Source: Syntrophorhabdaceae bacterium (GTDB lineage Bacteria > Desulfobacterota > Syntrophorhabdia > Syntrophorhabdales > Syntrophorhabdaceae). Taken from it: a DNA stretch of 64,000 bases. Each line of letters opens with the position of its first letter. Position 1 is the first letter of the stretch. The stretch is from positions 384,001 to 448,000 of the forward strand of contig CAXXUO010000001.1 in the NCBI GenBank assembly GCA_963666485.2. Direction: 5' to 3'. This document shows, piece after piece, positions 38,405 through 48,584 of this stretch. A program made the translations under genes and the position numbers. The notes below the pieces were generated by a model, which saw only the letters and a list, made by a program, of their open reading frames with translations, was not told the DNA's origin and searched no databases.

Positions 38405-39646
38405 ATGCATAAGGTCCTGATCATTGACGACGAAAAGAATATCCTCGACTCGCTTTCGGCGGTGCTCGAGGATGAAGGCTTTGCGGTATCCCGGGCCATG
38501 GACGGCAAGCAAGGCCTGGCGATCTTTGACAGCGAGGCCCCGGACGTGGTCCTTCTCGATGTCTGGATGCCCGAGATGGACGGGATCCAGGTGCTCAAAG
38601 AGATAAAGACCAGGGACAACGACGCGCGGGTCGTCGTGATATCGGGCCACGGGACGATATCGACCGCGGTCGAGGCGGTCAAGATGGGGGCCTACGATTT
38701 CCTCGAAAAGCCGCTTTCCATCGACAAGGTACTCGAAGTGGTGTATCGCAGTATCGGCGCGGATTCCCCTGAGTCACCCGATGTCAAGGATTTCAAGTTC
38801 GAGGCGTCACCCGGGGTCGAGGTCAGGCAAAAAACGATCGGGAAAAGCACGGTCGTGTATGGCGTCGGCCTTCATTCCGGCGTCAAGACAGGCATGATCC
38901 TCCTGCCCATGCCTGAAAACACCGGCATCATCTTTGAAACGATACCTGACGGCGAAAGGATCCCGGCGTATATCGACTATGTTTTTTCAGTCGGGTATGC
39001 CTCATCGCTCAAGGGCAAGAACAACATCGTTCGCACGGTGGAACACCTCCTGTCGGCCTGCCACATGTATGGGATCACGAACCTCCTCGTCAAGGTGAGC
39101 GAAGAGGTCCCCATCCTCGACGGATCGGCGATAGAGATCTGCACCAAGATCGATGAGGCAGGGATAGTCACACAGTCCGACGGCATTCAGCCGCTCGTCA
39201 TCGCGGACAGGGTCGAGCTCGGGAATCTTCAGAACGGAAAGTACATCGTGGCAGAGCCGTCCGACTCCTTCGAGATCAATTACCATCTCGAGCAGGCAAA
39301 ACCCATCGGCACCCAGGATTATCGCTTCCGCGGCGACACCAGGGATTACGTCGCGAACATAGCCCCCGCACGGACATTCGGTTTTTTGAAAGATTTCGAG
39401 CAGCTGACCAAGATGGGTCTCGGCACCGGCGGAAGGATAAACAATTTCATCATTATCGGTGACGATGAGGTCATAAACACAAAGCTGCGTTTTGACGATG
39501 AGTTCGTGCGCCACAAGGTGCTCGACCTCATCGGCGACATATACCTTCTCAATCGCCCCATTATCGGGAAGATCACCGCCCGCCAGACCGGCCACGTGGA
39601 AAACATCGCACTGGTAAAGGAATTGAAAAACCGGTTCCTAAAATAA
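38405..39646 (+). CDS. lpxC: Receiver domain-UDP-3-O-acyl-N-acetylglucosamine deacetylase fusion
   Basis: REC (IIDDE, LLDVWMP, ISGHG, EKP) plus LpxC (QKTI..GVGLHSG, TVEHLLSA, PILDGSA, ARTFGF, RHKVLDLIGD, TGH). Confidence 0.93.
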   Translation: MHKVLIIDDEKNILDSLSAVLEDEGFAVSRAMDGKQGLAIFDSEAPDVVLLDVWMPEMDGIQVLKEIKTRDNDARVVVISGHGTISTAVEAVKMGAYDFLEKPLSIDKVLEVVYRSIGADSPESPDVKDFKFEASPGVEVRQKTIGKSTVVYGVGLHSGVKTGMILLPMPENTGIIFETIPDGERIPAYIDYVFSVGYASSLKGKNNIVRTVEHLLSACHMYGITNLLVKVSEEVPILDGSAIEICTKIDEAGIVTQSDGIQPLVIADRVELGNLQNGKYIVAEPSDSFEINYHLEQAKPIGTQDYRFRGDTRDYVANIAPARTFGFLKDFEQLTKMGLGTGGRINNFIIIGDDEVINTKLRFDDEFVRHKVLDLIGDIYLLNRPIIGKITARQTGHVENIALVKELKNRFLK

Positions 39647-39650
39647 AAAT

Positions 39651-39782
39651 CGTTCCACGTTCCACGTTCCACGTTCCACGTTAAGAGACCTGATATCCCA
39701 ATAAATGGCGGGAACCTTTACAACAATTATCGTGAAATTCTTTGTCTTTTAACGTGGAACGTGGAACTTGGAACGTGGAACG
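39651..39782. repeat. Inverted pair of heptamer arrays (CGTTCCA)x4 / (AACGTGG)x4 between convergent lpxC and lolA
   Basis: 39651-39682 and 39751-39782. Confidence 0.9.
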
Positions 39783-39786
39783 GTCT

Positions 39787-40485
39787 TTATCTTTCCACCA
39801 CATCCTTCTTCCCCTCCGGCTTGTAGATGAACTTGCCGTCGTTGATCGTTGGATTTACCTTGATGTCGGAGAATTCTATCGTGTTGATGTTTCCGGTGAA
39901 TTCGAGGATCTCTATTTTCCTCAAGAGGTTGTTCTTATCGATCCAGAGCTTTGCCAGGTTGACGGACGAGTCTTTTTTCGGGACGAGCTCGAAATACTGC
40001 ATTCCGGCTATCATGCTCTGCTGTTTGACCGTGAAGAGGTTGTCGATGCGGGCAATGTCCTCGACGAGGTCGAAGAAGGTCCCGCCTGTCTTTTCTGCGC
40101 TTACCTTATTTTTCAGGACAAAAGGCTTGTCATCTTCTTCCTGCCACATGTACCGACCGTCATAGAGAAAGAGCTTTCCTTTCGGCTTCGTGTATTTCCA
40201 GATGAATCCCTTGTGCCTCTTGAAAAAGAAATCACCGTCTGCATCCCGTATCTTCTTAATGCTCGCGACGAAGATCTTCTGGTGAAACGACGCCTCCAGG
40301 GAATTTATGCCCGCATACGTTTTTTTAAGGGAATCGAACGGGGACGCTGCCCCGCCCGTTTTTGACTCTTGAGCTATGGACGGCTGTCCTATCAGAATAA
40401 AAACAAAAACCGTGCAAAGAACTGCCCCGACCAACCTCAGATCCGCTTTCTTCCTGCCCTTTCTGTTCATCAATGCTCCGTTCAT
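39787..40485 (-). CDS. lolA: Outer-membrane lipoprotein carrier LolA
   Basis: ASFHQ, FIWKYTKP, YDG; follows ftsK. Confidence 0.85.
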   Translation of the reverse strand: MNGALMNRKGRKKADLRLVGAVLCTVFVFILIGQPSIAQESKTGGAASPFDSLKKTYAGINSLEASFHQKIFVASIKKIRDADGDFFFKRHKGFIWKYTKPKGKLFLYDGRYMWQEEDDKPFVLKNKVSAEKTGGTFFDLVEDIARIDNLFTVKQQSMIAGMQYFELVPKKDSSVNLAKLWIDKNNLLRKIEILEFTGNINTIEFSDIKVNPTINDGKFIYKPEGKKDVVER

Positions 40486-42530
40486 CGTTTTAATACCTCG
40501 CGGGGCTTTACTCCGTCGGACGGCCCGACGATGCCCTCCTGCTCCATACGCTCTATTATGCGGGCGGCCCTGTTGTACCCTATGCGGAACCGCCTCTGGA
40601 CCATGCTTATCGAGGCCTCACCTTTCTGCGACACAAATTCCACCGCTTCCTGGTATTTCTCGTCATCGAGGGCCTCGCCCTCGTCTTCCTCTTCCTTTTC
40701 CTCGAGTATCTCGTGATGATACGTCGGGGCGCCCTGCTGCTTCAAGAATTCCACGATCCTCTTGATCTCGCCTTCCGAGACGTACGAGCCGTGAAGCCGC
40801 TGAAGCCTGCCGATGCCGGGACTCAAGAACAGCATGTCGCCGTAGCCGAGAAGGCTCTCCGCGCCGTTCGTGTCCAATATGGTCCTTGAATCGACCTTCG
40901 AGAAGACCTTGCATGCCACGCGGGCGGGAAAATTGGCCTTTATGATACCCGTCAGGACATCGACGGACGGCCTCTGCGTCGCGAGGATGAGATGAATGCC
41001 CGACGCCCGGGCCATCTGTGCGAGCCGGGCGATATATTCCTCAACCTCCTTGGGGGAGACCATCATGAGGTCGGCAAGCTCGTCAATGACGACGACGATA
41101 TACGGCAGTGCCTCGCCTCCCTCGCGGGTTATTTTATGATTGTATTTCTCGATATTGCGCACGCCCTTCTGCGCCATCATGCCGTAGCGCCTCTCCATTT
41201 CGTCCGTCATCCATCGCAGGGCCGTCTTCGCGTTCCGGGCGTTCGTCACGACCGGCAGGAGAAGGTGCGGGATGCCCTCGTAAAAGGAGAGCTCGAGCAT
41301 CTTGAGGTCGATCATCAGGAAGCGGCAGTGGGCGGGGGTCGCCTTGAAGAGAACGCTCAGGATCATGCTGTTGAGCGAGACGGATTTCCCGGAACCGGTC
41401 GCGCCGGCGACGAGAAGGTGCGGCATTTTCGCCAGGTCCGCCACAAATGATTCTCCGGCTATTGTTTTTCCCAGCACCAGAGTGAGGTGCGATTGAGATG
41501 ACGAGAATGTCTTCGATTCGATTATCTCCCGGATATACACCGTTTCCCGGTCCTTGTTCGGTATCTCGATGCCGACGACCGCCTTTCCCGGTATCGGGGC
41601 GATGATCCGTATCGAGACCGCGCTCAAGGCCATGGCGAGATCGTCGGACAGGTTGGATATCTTGCTTACCTTGACGCCCGGCGCCGGCTCGAATTCGTAC
41701 ATGGTGATGACAGGGCCGGGCCTGACCTCCGTGACCCGCCCGTCGATCCCGTAGTCTTTCAGCTTCTTTTCGAGGATCGATGCGTTGGCCTGGATGGAGT
41801 CCTTGTCTATCTTCGTCTCTTTTTTCTCTATGGTATCGAGCAGCGACGTGTCGGGAAGCTTGTACGGCCCGATCTCTTTGAAAAATTCAAATGTTTCCTG
41901 GACGGCGGCGGCGGCTTTCTTTTCCGCCGGTTTTGCTGCCGGAGGCTCGTCCTCTTTTTTCTCCTGCGTCACTTTTATTTCACGCCGGCGCTCGGCCTTC
42001 TTGCGCCTCGCGATGCGGTCTTCGATGATCCCCAGGATCGGGGCCTGCACGATCAGGAAGGCAGATATCAAAAGGAGGACGACTGCGATGAGAATGGTAC
42101 CGAACCTGCCGAAAAAGTTCATGAGCGCCTTCTCGAGGATCGATCCGAGAAAACCCGAGAATTCGAGCGGCATGCCCCGAAGGTGTATTCTGCCTATCAG
42201 CACCTGGAGGAGCATGCCAATCGAAAGAAAGAACATCACGAGGCCGGACGAGAAGACGATGATACTGGGCGGGTCCTTTTTCCTGACGTAAAATATCCCG
42301 AAAACAAGGGCGAACGAGATGAGGACATAGCTCATCAGCCCGACCAGCTGGATCAGTACATCCGAAATGTACGACCCCGCCTTGCCGCACAGGTTGCGGG
42401 CCGACGTGTCTGTTACCGTGTGGAACGACGGGTCGAGGGGATGATAGGACAGCAGGCTGACAAAAAGGAAGAGGAACACCCCGATCAGGGCCACGCCGAG
42501 CATTTCTTTTTTCAGATCAGACAGGTTCAT
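40482..42530 (-). CDS. ftsK: DNA translocase FtsK
   Basis: 4TM N-terminus, AGATGSGKS, IDELADLM, ATQRPSVDV, gamma domain IGYNRAARI. Confidence 0.97.
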   Translation of the reverse strand: MNLSDLKKEMLGVALIGVFLFLFVSLLSYHPLDPSFHTVTDTSARNLCGKAGSYISDVLIQLVGLMSYVLISFALVFGIFYVRKKDPPSIIVFSSGLVMFFLSIGMLLQVLIGRIHLRGMPLEFSGFLGSILEKALMNFFGRFGTILIAVVLLLISAFLIVQAPILGIIEDRIARRKKAERRREIKVTQEKKEDEPPAAKPAEKKAAAAVQETFEFFKEIGPYKLPDTSLLDTIEKKETKIDKDSIQANASILEKKLKDYGIDGRVTEVRPGPVITMYEFEPAPGVKVSKISNLSDDLAMALSAVSIRIIAPIPGKAVVGIEIPNKDRETVYIREIIESKTFSSSQSHLTLVLGKTIAGESFVADLAKMPHLLVAGATGSGKSVSLNSMILSVLFKATPAHCRFLMIDLKMLELSFYEGIPHLLLPVVTNARNAKTALRWMTDEMERRYGMMAQKGVRNIEKYNHKITREGGEALPYIVVVIDELADLMMVSPKEVEEYIARLAQMARASGIHLILATQRPSVDVLTGIIKANFPARVACKVFSKVDSRTILDTNGAESLLGYGDMLFLSPGIGRLQRLHGSYVSEGEIKRIVEFLKQQGAPTYHHEILEEKEEEDEGEALDDEKYQEAVEFVSQKGEASISMVQRRFRIGYNRAARIIERMEQEGIVGPSDGVKPREVLKR

Positions 42531-43282
42531 ATACTCTTATGACGCCCTGCCGGTGCCGTTCCGGTCCCGGCCTTGACTGATACCCCCCTTGCCATGAGGG
42601 CCTCTATGTTAACCCTCACATCATCCATCACGCGCGTCTTCTGCGACCGGTCCATGCCCTCGAGGACCATGGGGTCACCGATCTCGATGTATATTACCCC
42701 TTTTTGACGGGGAAGAGAACTGCCTTTTGGCTGGAGCACGCTCGAACCGTAAATACCGATGGGAACGACCGGGACCATCGCGCGCAGCGCAAGGGTGAAG
42801 CCTCCCTTTTTGAAGGGCAGGAGCTGGCCGTCGGCGCTTCGGGTGCCTTCGGGAAAAATGATAATGTTGGTCCCTTCCCGTATCTTCCGCGATGCCTCTT
42901 CAATCGCCTTGAGCGCTTCACGCGCATTTTCACGGTCAATGCTGATGTAGCCCGCTTTTTTCATTGCCCAGCCGACAACCGGGATCGAGAAGAGCTGCCT
43001 TTTCGCGATCCATTTAAAGGAAAGGGGCAGCCAGGCGAGCAGCGCGTAGATATCCAGGGCGCTTTGATGATTGCACATAAAGACGTAGGGTGGTGACATG
43101 ATGCGCTCAAGGCCGTCGACCCTGACCTCTATCCCTGCGACGGCGAGATACATACGCGCCCAGGCGCGGGCAAGACGGTGGATGGTCTCCTGGCAGTCGC
43201 CGAACAGCGCGATGAAGAGCGCAAAAAAGGACATGGTGAACGTCGAGGTGGCGAGCCATACGGCGGCGGCGGCCTTTCTCAT
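42527..43282 (-). CDS. plsC: 1-acyl-sn-glycerol-3-phosphate acyltransferase
   Basis: NHQSALD, FPEGTRS, PFKKG. Confidence 0.93.
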   Translation of the reverse strand: MRKAAAAVWLATSTFTMSFFALFIALFGDCQETIHRLARAWARMYLAVAGIEVRVDGLERIMSPPYVFMCNHQSALDIYALLAWLPLSFKWIAKRQLFSIPVVGWAMKKAGYISIDRENAREALKAIEEASRKIREGTNIIIFPEGTRSADGQLLPFKKGGFTLALRAMVPVVPIGIYGSSVLQPKGSSLPRQKGVIYIEIGDPMVLEGMDRSQKTRVMDDVRVNIEALMARGVSVKAGTGTAPAGRHKSI

Positions 43283-44055
43283 CGAACGAGGCCCTCGAGG
43301 GCGTCTACGATCCCGGTTATCTCCGTCCGGACCACCTGATCAATATCATATGGGGATATTCCCTTCCTGTCGGCTTCGGCTATCTTCTCGTTCTGAGACA
43401 CGTAGCCGAGGATGGGAAGGTCCCCGAGATTTTCCCGGATAAAATCCTTGTCTTCAAGACCGTTTATTTTATTCCCCACCACGTAAACTTTTTTTATGCC
43501 GATATCATCGGCGAGCTTTTTTACCTGCCGGGCCGTCTTGAAGCTCCGCCTGCCGGGTTCGACGACGACAATGAGGGCGTCGATATATTCGGTGGTACCC
43601 CTGCCTAAATGTTCGAGCCCCGCCTCGAGATCGACTACGACGTATTCATCGCGTTCGATCATGACGTGGGACAAGAGGCTTCTCAAAAGGGCGTTCTCCG
43701 CGCAAAAGCAGCCGCCCCCGCCCTGGGGGATGCTCCCGAGAACGATGAGGCGGACGCCTTCCCTCGTCAGGGAAAACCTCTCGGGTATGTCATCGACACG
43801 GGGGTTCAGCTTGAAGAAGGAACCGTATTCCCCCTTTTTCGCCCCGGTCCTTTCGGCTATGAACTCCTCCATCGATGCCAGGGGCTTTATCTCGCTCACA
43901 CTCTTTTCATCGATCCCGATCGCGCTCGCGAGGTTTGAATCGGGATCGGCATCGATCGCGATCATCTTCTTGCCGCGATCGGCGAGGATCCGCGCCATGA
44001 CACCCGCAAGCGTCGTCTTTCCCGCTCCACCTTTCCCTGAAACAGCTATCTTCAT
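43279..44055 (-). CDS. cooC: CooC/AcsF-type nickel-insertion ATPase
   Basis: SGKGGAGKTT, IDADPD, GGGCFC (CxC), DLEAGLEHLGRG. Confidence 0.9.
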   Translation of the reverse strand: MKIAVSGKGGAGKTTLAGVMARILADRGKKMIAIDADPDSNLASAIGIDEKSVSEIKPLASMEEFIAERTGAKKGEYGSFFKLNPRVDDIPERFSLTREGVRLIVLGSIPQGGGGCFCAENALLRSLLSHVMIERDEYVVVDLEAGLEHLGRGTTEYIDALIVVVEPGRRSFKTARQVKKLADDIGIKKVYVVGNKINGLEDKDFIRENLGDLPILGYVSQNEKIAEADRKGISPYDIDQVVRTEITGIVDALEGLVR

Positions 44056-44127
44056 CTCTTCCTTCGATGAAAAGGTATCATCCTTTGTAAAGCGTTGTCA
44101 ATGCTGGCTAAATCAGGCTTTTCGCAA

Positions 44128-45171
44128 TCACTTCAGGCCGTTTTCCCCGCCGGATACGTGCTCCACGAGAAGTTCCTTCTCCTCGGGGGTCGCGATGATG
44201 ATCAGGCTCATTTCGCCTTCTATGATCGTATCCGGGTACGGGTTGTAGACCCATTCACCGCTCTTCTTACGGGCCGAGATCAGCATAAGGTTGCCTATCA
44301 TCTTGAAATCGATGTCCTTCACCGGTCTGCCGATGAACGGGGAATCGGCCGGGACATGGACCTCCTCCACCCTCATGGGAGAGTACTTGTCGCGGAGCAT
44401 CATGTCGAGGAATGAGGTAACGTGGGGGCGTATCATCTCGGACGCCATCCTCAGGCCGCCGATAAAGTTAAGCGCAACGACCGAATCGGCCCCTGCCCTT
44501 TTCAATTTGTCGATATTTTTCGTATCGTTGCAGCGCGATACGATCCTGAGCTTCGGGTTCAGCTGCCGGGCGGTCAGTGAAATAACGATGTTGTCGTTGT
44601 CGGAGTCGGTTGTCGCATAAAGCCCCTGGGCATGCTCGATCATGGCCTTCCAGAGGATCTCGTTCTCCGTCGCGTCGCCGACGACCAGGTCCGCATCGAT
44701 ATTGTTCGCCTTGAACACGTCCATCTTCAATTCATCATGGTCTATGGCAACGAAGGGTCGCTTTGTCAGGTACATTTCATGGACAACATAGAGGCCGACC
44801 ATCCCTATGCCGCACACGATATAATGGTCACGCATCTTGCCGATCCTGTTTTCCATTTTCCTCCTCCTGAAAACCTTCCTCAGTTCGCCTTCTATAATGT
44901 ATGCGGCAAGCGTGGTAAAGAGATATGCGATCGCACCCGCCCCGATGAAAACGTAGATAATGGTGAATATTTTGCCGAGAGGGTGGTGTTCGACGCCGAT
45001 GATGTCCCCGTAGCCGACGGTCGTGATCGTAATGGCTGTCATGTAAAGCGCGTCAAGGAAGCTCTTCTCGGGGCCACCTATGATCTTGAACCCGATCGTG
45101 CCGGTCGCGATCACGATCAGGATGATCCCCATGATATTGCGGAGCTTTTTCGGAATTATCTTGAAAAACAT
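44128..45171 (-). CDS. Potassium channel with TrkA-N/TrkA-C (RCK) domains
   Basis: TTVGYGD selectivity filter, IVCGIGMVG, GDAT. Confidence 0.93.
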   Translation of the reverse strand: MFFKIIPKKLRNIMGIILIVIATGTIGFKIIGGPEKSFLDALYMTAITITTVGYGDIIGVEHHPLGKIFTIIYVFIGAGAIAYLFTTLAAYIIEGELRKVFRRRKMENRIGKMRDHYIVCGIGMVGLYVVHEMYLTKRPFVAIDHDELKMDVFKANNIDADLVVGDATENEILWKAMIEHAQGLYATTDSDNDNIVISLTARQLNPKLRIVSRCNDTKNIDKLKRAGADSVVALNFIGGLRMASEMIRPHVTSFLDMMLRDKYSPMRVEEVHVPADSPFIGRPVKDIDFKMIGNLMLISARKKSGEWVYNPYPDTIIEGEMSLIIIATPEEKELLVEHVSGGENGLK

Positions 45172-45314
45172 GGCTCATTATAGCACGGAGCATTATTTCA
45201 GGGAATATTATTAAGAAATTTTCCGGGGTCTTGACGCAGGTAGCCCGGTGTCTTATTTTCTGTATGTTGTTTTTCCCAGAATCGTAAAACTAAGCAATAC
45301 GAGGAGATCCGAAA

Positions 45315-47222
45315 ATGACTAGCGAGCGCATGGAATTCAGGACAGAGGTCAAACAGCTTCTCGATCTCATGATCCATTCTCTCTATTCCCACAAGGAAGT
45401 GTTCTTACGGGAGCTGATATCCAACGCTTCGGATGCCATCGACCGGGCCCGTTATGAATCCCTCACCAACAGCACCATCCTCGAGGGCGGCGGGGCATGG
45501 AAGATAAAAATCAGCCTCGACAAGGACGCGGGCACGCTGACGGTCAGTGACAACGGCATCGGCATGGACCATGACGAAATAATAGAATCCTTAGGGACCA
45601 TCGCCCGCTCCGGCACGAAGGAGTTCCTGGAGGCCCTGAAACGGGAAGATGTGAAGGACAACCCGGAATTGATCGGCCAGTTCGGCGTCGGTTTCTATTC
45701 GTCCTTCATGGTGGCGGACAAGATCACGGTCATGTCGCGCCGCGCAGGGACAAAGGACGACAAAGCGATCAAGTGGGAATCGACCGGCGACGGCACCTTC
45801 ACGGTCGAAGAGGTAAAGAAGGATACCCGCGGCACCGATGTCGTCCTCCATCTGCGTGAAGAAGAAAAGATCTATGTGAGCGAATGGGAGATCCGCAGCG
45901 TCGTCAAGAAATATTCCGACTTTATCGAGCACCCCGTTGTCATGGATGTCGAGAAGGAAGTCGACAGCGAGATCAAAAAGGGTGAAAAGGTAAAGATAAA
46001 AGAGGAAGAGACGCTCAATTCGATGAAGGCGCTGTGGCTCAAGGACAGGTCCGAGGTCACCGACGAGGAATACAACGATTTCTACAAGCACATATCCCAC
46101 GATTTCCACCCGCCGGCAAAGGTCATCCACTACAGGGCCGAGGGCACGTCTGAATTTGCCGCGCTCATGTTCGTGCCGTCGATAGCCCCCGTCAACATGC
46201 TCTACCGCGATTTCAAGTACGGCCCGATGCTGTACGTGAAAAGGGTCCGCATCATGGACCATTGCGAAGAACTGCTGCCGCAGTACCTGCGTTTCGTCCA
46301 GGGCATCGTCGATTCGTCCGACCTTCCGCTCAACGTATCGCGCGAGATCCTGCAGAACAACCGGCAGGTCGATATCATCAAGAATTCCGTGACGAAGAAG
46401 ATCATCGATACATTCGAGGAGATGAAGGAAAAGGAATACGACGAATACCTGAAGATCTACAAGGAATTCGGCCGCGTCCTGAAAGAGGGTATCCACTTCG
46501 ATTTCTCCCGCAGGGAAACGATCGCGGACCTGCTGCTTTTCGCGACCACCAAATCGGATGACGGTAAATTCAGGACCCTCAAGGAATATGTCGACGACAT
46601 GAAGGAAGGTCAGGAAGACGTCTACTACATTGTGGGCTCGTCACTCACGGACGCCGCGAACTCGCCCTACCTGGAGGCGTTCCGGCAGAAGGGCTTCGAG
46701 GTCATCTTTATGACCGACGACATCGACGACTTCATCTTTAACGGCTTCGAGTACAAAGGCAAGAAGTTCCACTCGATCACACGCGGCGACATAACGCTCG
46801 ACAAGGAAAAGACCGTTCAGATCGAGGAGACCCGGAAAAAATATGAAAAGCTCATCGATCTCATCAAAGGCACGCTGGCGGAGGATGTCAAGGACGTGAG
46901 GCTCTCCGGCAGGCTTACCGATACGGTCTGCTGCCTCGTTGCCGACGAGGGCGACCTCGACCCCACAATGGAGCGCCTCTTGAAAGCCATGGGCCAGGAC
47001 GTGCCTCCCATGAAGCGGATACTCGAGCTCAACCCGACCCACCCCCTCTTCGCCGCCATGAACAAGGCCTTTGAGCAGGACGAACACAGCGAAGAGCTTA
47101 AAGACTACATACGCCTGCTGTACGATCAGGCCCTCGTCCTCGAAGGCTCGAAGCCCAAGGACCCTGCGGCATTTTCGAAGGCGATAGCGAAATTGATGGT
47201 GGAAGCGGCGAATAAAACGTAA
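45315..47222 (+). CDS. htpG: Chaperone HtpG (Hsp90)
   Basis: FLRELISNASDA, DNGIGM, IGQFGVGFYS, LPLNVSRE. Confidence 0.97.
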   Translation: MTSERMEFRTEVKQLLDLMIHSLYSHKEVFLRELISNASDAIDRARYESLTNSTILEGGGAWKIKISLDKDAGTLTVSDNGIGMDHDEIIESLGTIARSGTKEFLEALKREDVKDNPELIGQFGVGFYSSFMVADKITVMSRRAGTKDDKAIKWESTGDGTFTVEEVKKDTRGTDVVLHLREEEKIYVSEWEIRSVVKKYSDFIEHPVVMDVEKEVDSEIKKGEKVKIKEEETLNSMKALWLKDRSEVTDEEYNDFYKHISHDFHPPAKVIHYRAEGTSEFAALMFVPSIAPVNMLYRDFKYGPMLYVKRVRIMDHCEELLPQYLRFVQGIVDSSDLPLNVSREILQNNRQVDIIKNSVTKKIIDTFEEMKEKEYDEYLKIYKEFGRVLKEGIHFDFSRRETIADLLLFATTKSDDGKFRTLKEYVDDMKEGQEDVYYIVGSSLTDAANSPYLEAFRQKGFEVIFMTDDIDDFIFNGFEYKGKKFHSITRGDITLDKEKTVQIEETRKKYEKLIDLIKGTLAEDVKDVRLSGRLTDTVCCLVADEGDLDPTMERLLKAMGQDVPPMKRILELNPTHPLFAAMNKAFEQDEHSEELKDYIRLLYDQALVLEGSKPKDPAAFSKAIAKLMVEAANKT

Positions 47223-47425
47223 GGCGTGAGAGCGTAAGGCGTAAGGCGTTTTCCTCTTATCGTCATACCGGCGAAGGCCGGTATCCAGTATCGTTTCTTA
47301 ATTGAGACCGGGGTCACGGCATCTTATTCAACCCTGGATTCCGGCCTTCGCCGGAATGACGGCACTACTTATACGAAAAAATATAGACGGGGTGAGGGAA
47401 ACCGTCAGCCGTCAGCCGTTAGCCG
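47219..47425. repeat. Heptamer arrays (CGTAAGG-type 47219-47250; CCGTCAG-type 47402-47425) flanking a REP pair (47262-47288, 47334-47360)
   Basis: Direct reading between convergent htpG and dnaJ. Confidence 0.85.
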
Positions 47426-47433
47426 GCCCCTAT

Positions 47434-48531
47434 TTATTCAAAGAACTCCATAAACTTCTCTTTAAACCCCTTCCTCGTTTTCGGCGAGGTATCTTTGAAT
47501 TCCTCGGCCATCTCCTCTACGAGGCTCTTCTGGCGGTCGGTCAGTTCCGTCGGTATGACGATGTTGAGGTAGACGAGCTGGTCTCCCCTGCCGTACGAGT
47601 TCGCTTTATTGACGCCGAGGCCTTTCAGCCTGAAAACCTTGCCCTGCTGGGTGCCGGGCGGGACCTTCAGAATGGACTCGCCTTCTATGGTGGGTATCTT
47701 TATCTCTCCGCCGAGGCATAGCAGGGGGAACCCCACGTCGACCTGGACCACGATGTCATCGCCTGCCCGCTCGAATACGGGATGTTCCTTGACCTGCAGC
47801 ACGACGAAAAGGTCGCCGGGGATGGTGTCCCCGAACTGCTGCATCCCTTCGCCGCGCAGCTTGAGCCGTGTGTTGCCGTCGACACCGGGCGGGATCTTCA
47901 CCTTGAGTTTCCGCTTGGTCTTGACGCTTCCCCTGCCCTTGCAGTTCTTGCAGGGGTTCTTTATTATCTTTCCCTCACCGCCGCAGTATTCGCATGTCCG
48001 GTTGATCGTGAAGAAACCGTGGCTTTGCCGGACCTGGCCCCTGCCCCCGCAGTACTTGCAGGCAATGGGCTCGTGACCGGGCTCCACGCGCGAGCCGTTG
48101 CAAACGGGGCACCTTTCTTCCTTGGGTATCTCGATCTCTTTTTCACCACCGAATACAGCCTCTTCAAACTCAATGGTCAGGTTATACCTGAGGTCGCTGC
48201 CCTTTCTCTGGCGTGGCCTCTGATTCCCGAAGAAATCGCTGAAAAGGTCATTGAAAACGGAATCGAAATTTCCCTGGAACCCGAAATCAAACACGGAGCC
48301 CATGTCGCCGGCGGTGCCGAAGCGCTCGTAGTGGCTCCTCTTCTGGGCATCTCCGAGGACCTCGTAGGCCTCGTTTATTTCTTTAAATTTTTCTTCGGCC
48401 TTGTGGTCGCCGGGATTGCGGTCAGGGTGATATTGAAGTGCAAGCTTTCGGTACGCCTTCTTTATCTCTTCGTCGGTAGCCTCGCGCGATACGTTGAGGA
48501 CCTCGTAGTAATCCACGTGCGTGCGTCTCAT
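47434..48531 (-). CDS. dnaJ: Chaperone DnaJ
   Basis: J-domain HPD, four CxxCxGxG-type motifs. Confidence 0.97.
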   Translation of the reverse strand: MRRTHVDYYEVLNVSREATDEEIKKAYRKLALQYHPDRNPGDHKAEEKFKEINEAYEVLGDAQKRSHYERFGTAGDMGSVFDFGFQGNFDSVFNDLFSDFFGNQRPRQRKGSDLRYNLTIEFEEAVFGGEKEIEIPKEERCPVCNGSRVEPGHEPIACKYCGGRGQVRQSHGFFTINRTCEYCGGEGKIIKNPCKNCKGRGSVKTKRKLKVKIPPGVDGNTRLKLRGEGMQQFGDTIPGDLFVVLQVKEHPVFERAGDDIVVQVDVGFPLLCLGGEIKIPTIEGESILKVPPGTQQGKVFRLKGLGVNKANSYGRGDQLVYLNIVIPTELTDRQKSLVEEMAEEFKDTSPKTRKGFKEKFMEFFE

Positions 48532-48584
48532 TCACTGCCTTTCTTTGTATTACCGGATAGAAAAAATGCCTTCTTTCGCTACTT

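Noticed and set aside
45178..45200. CIRCE upstream of htpG (TAGCAC...)
   Set aside because: Only a partial half-site; better explained as the extended -10 of the divergent K+ channel gene.
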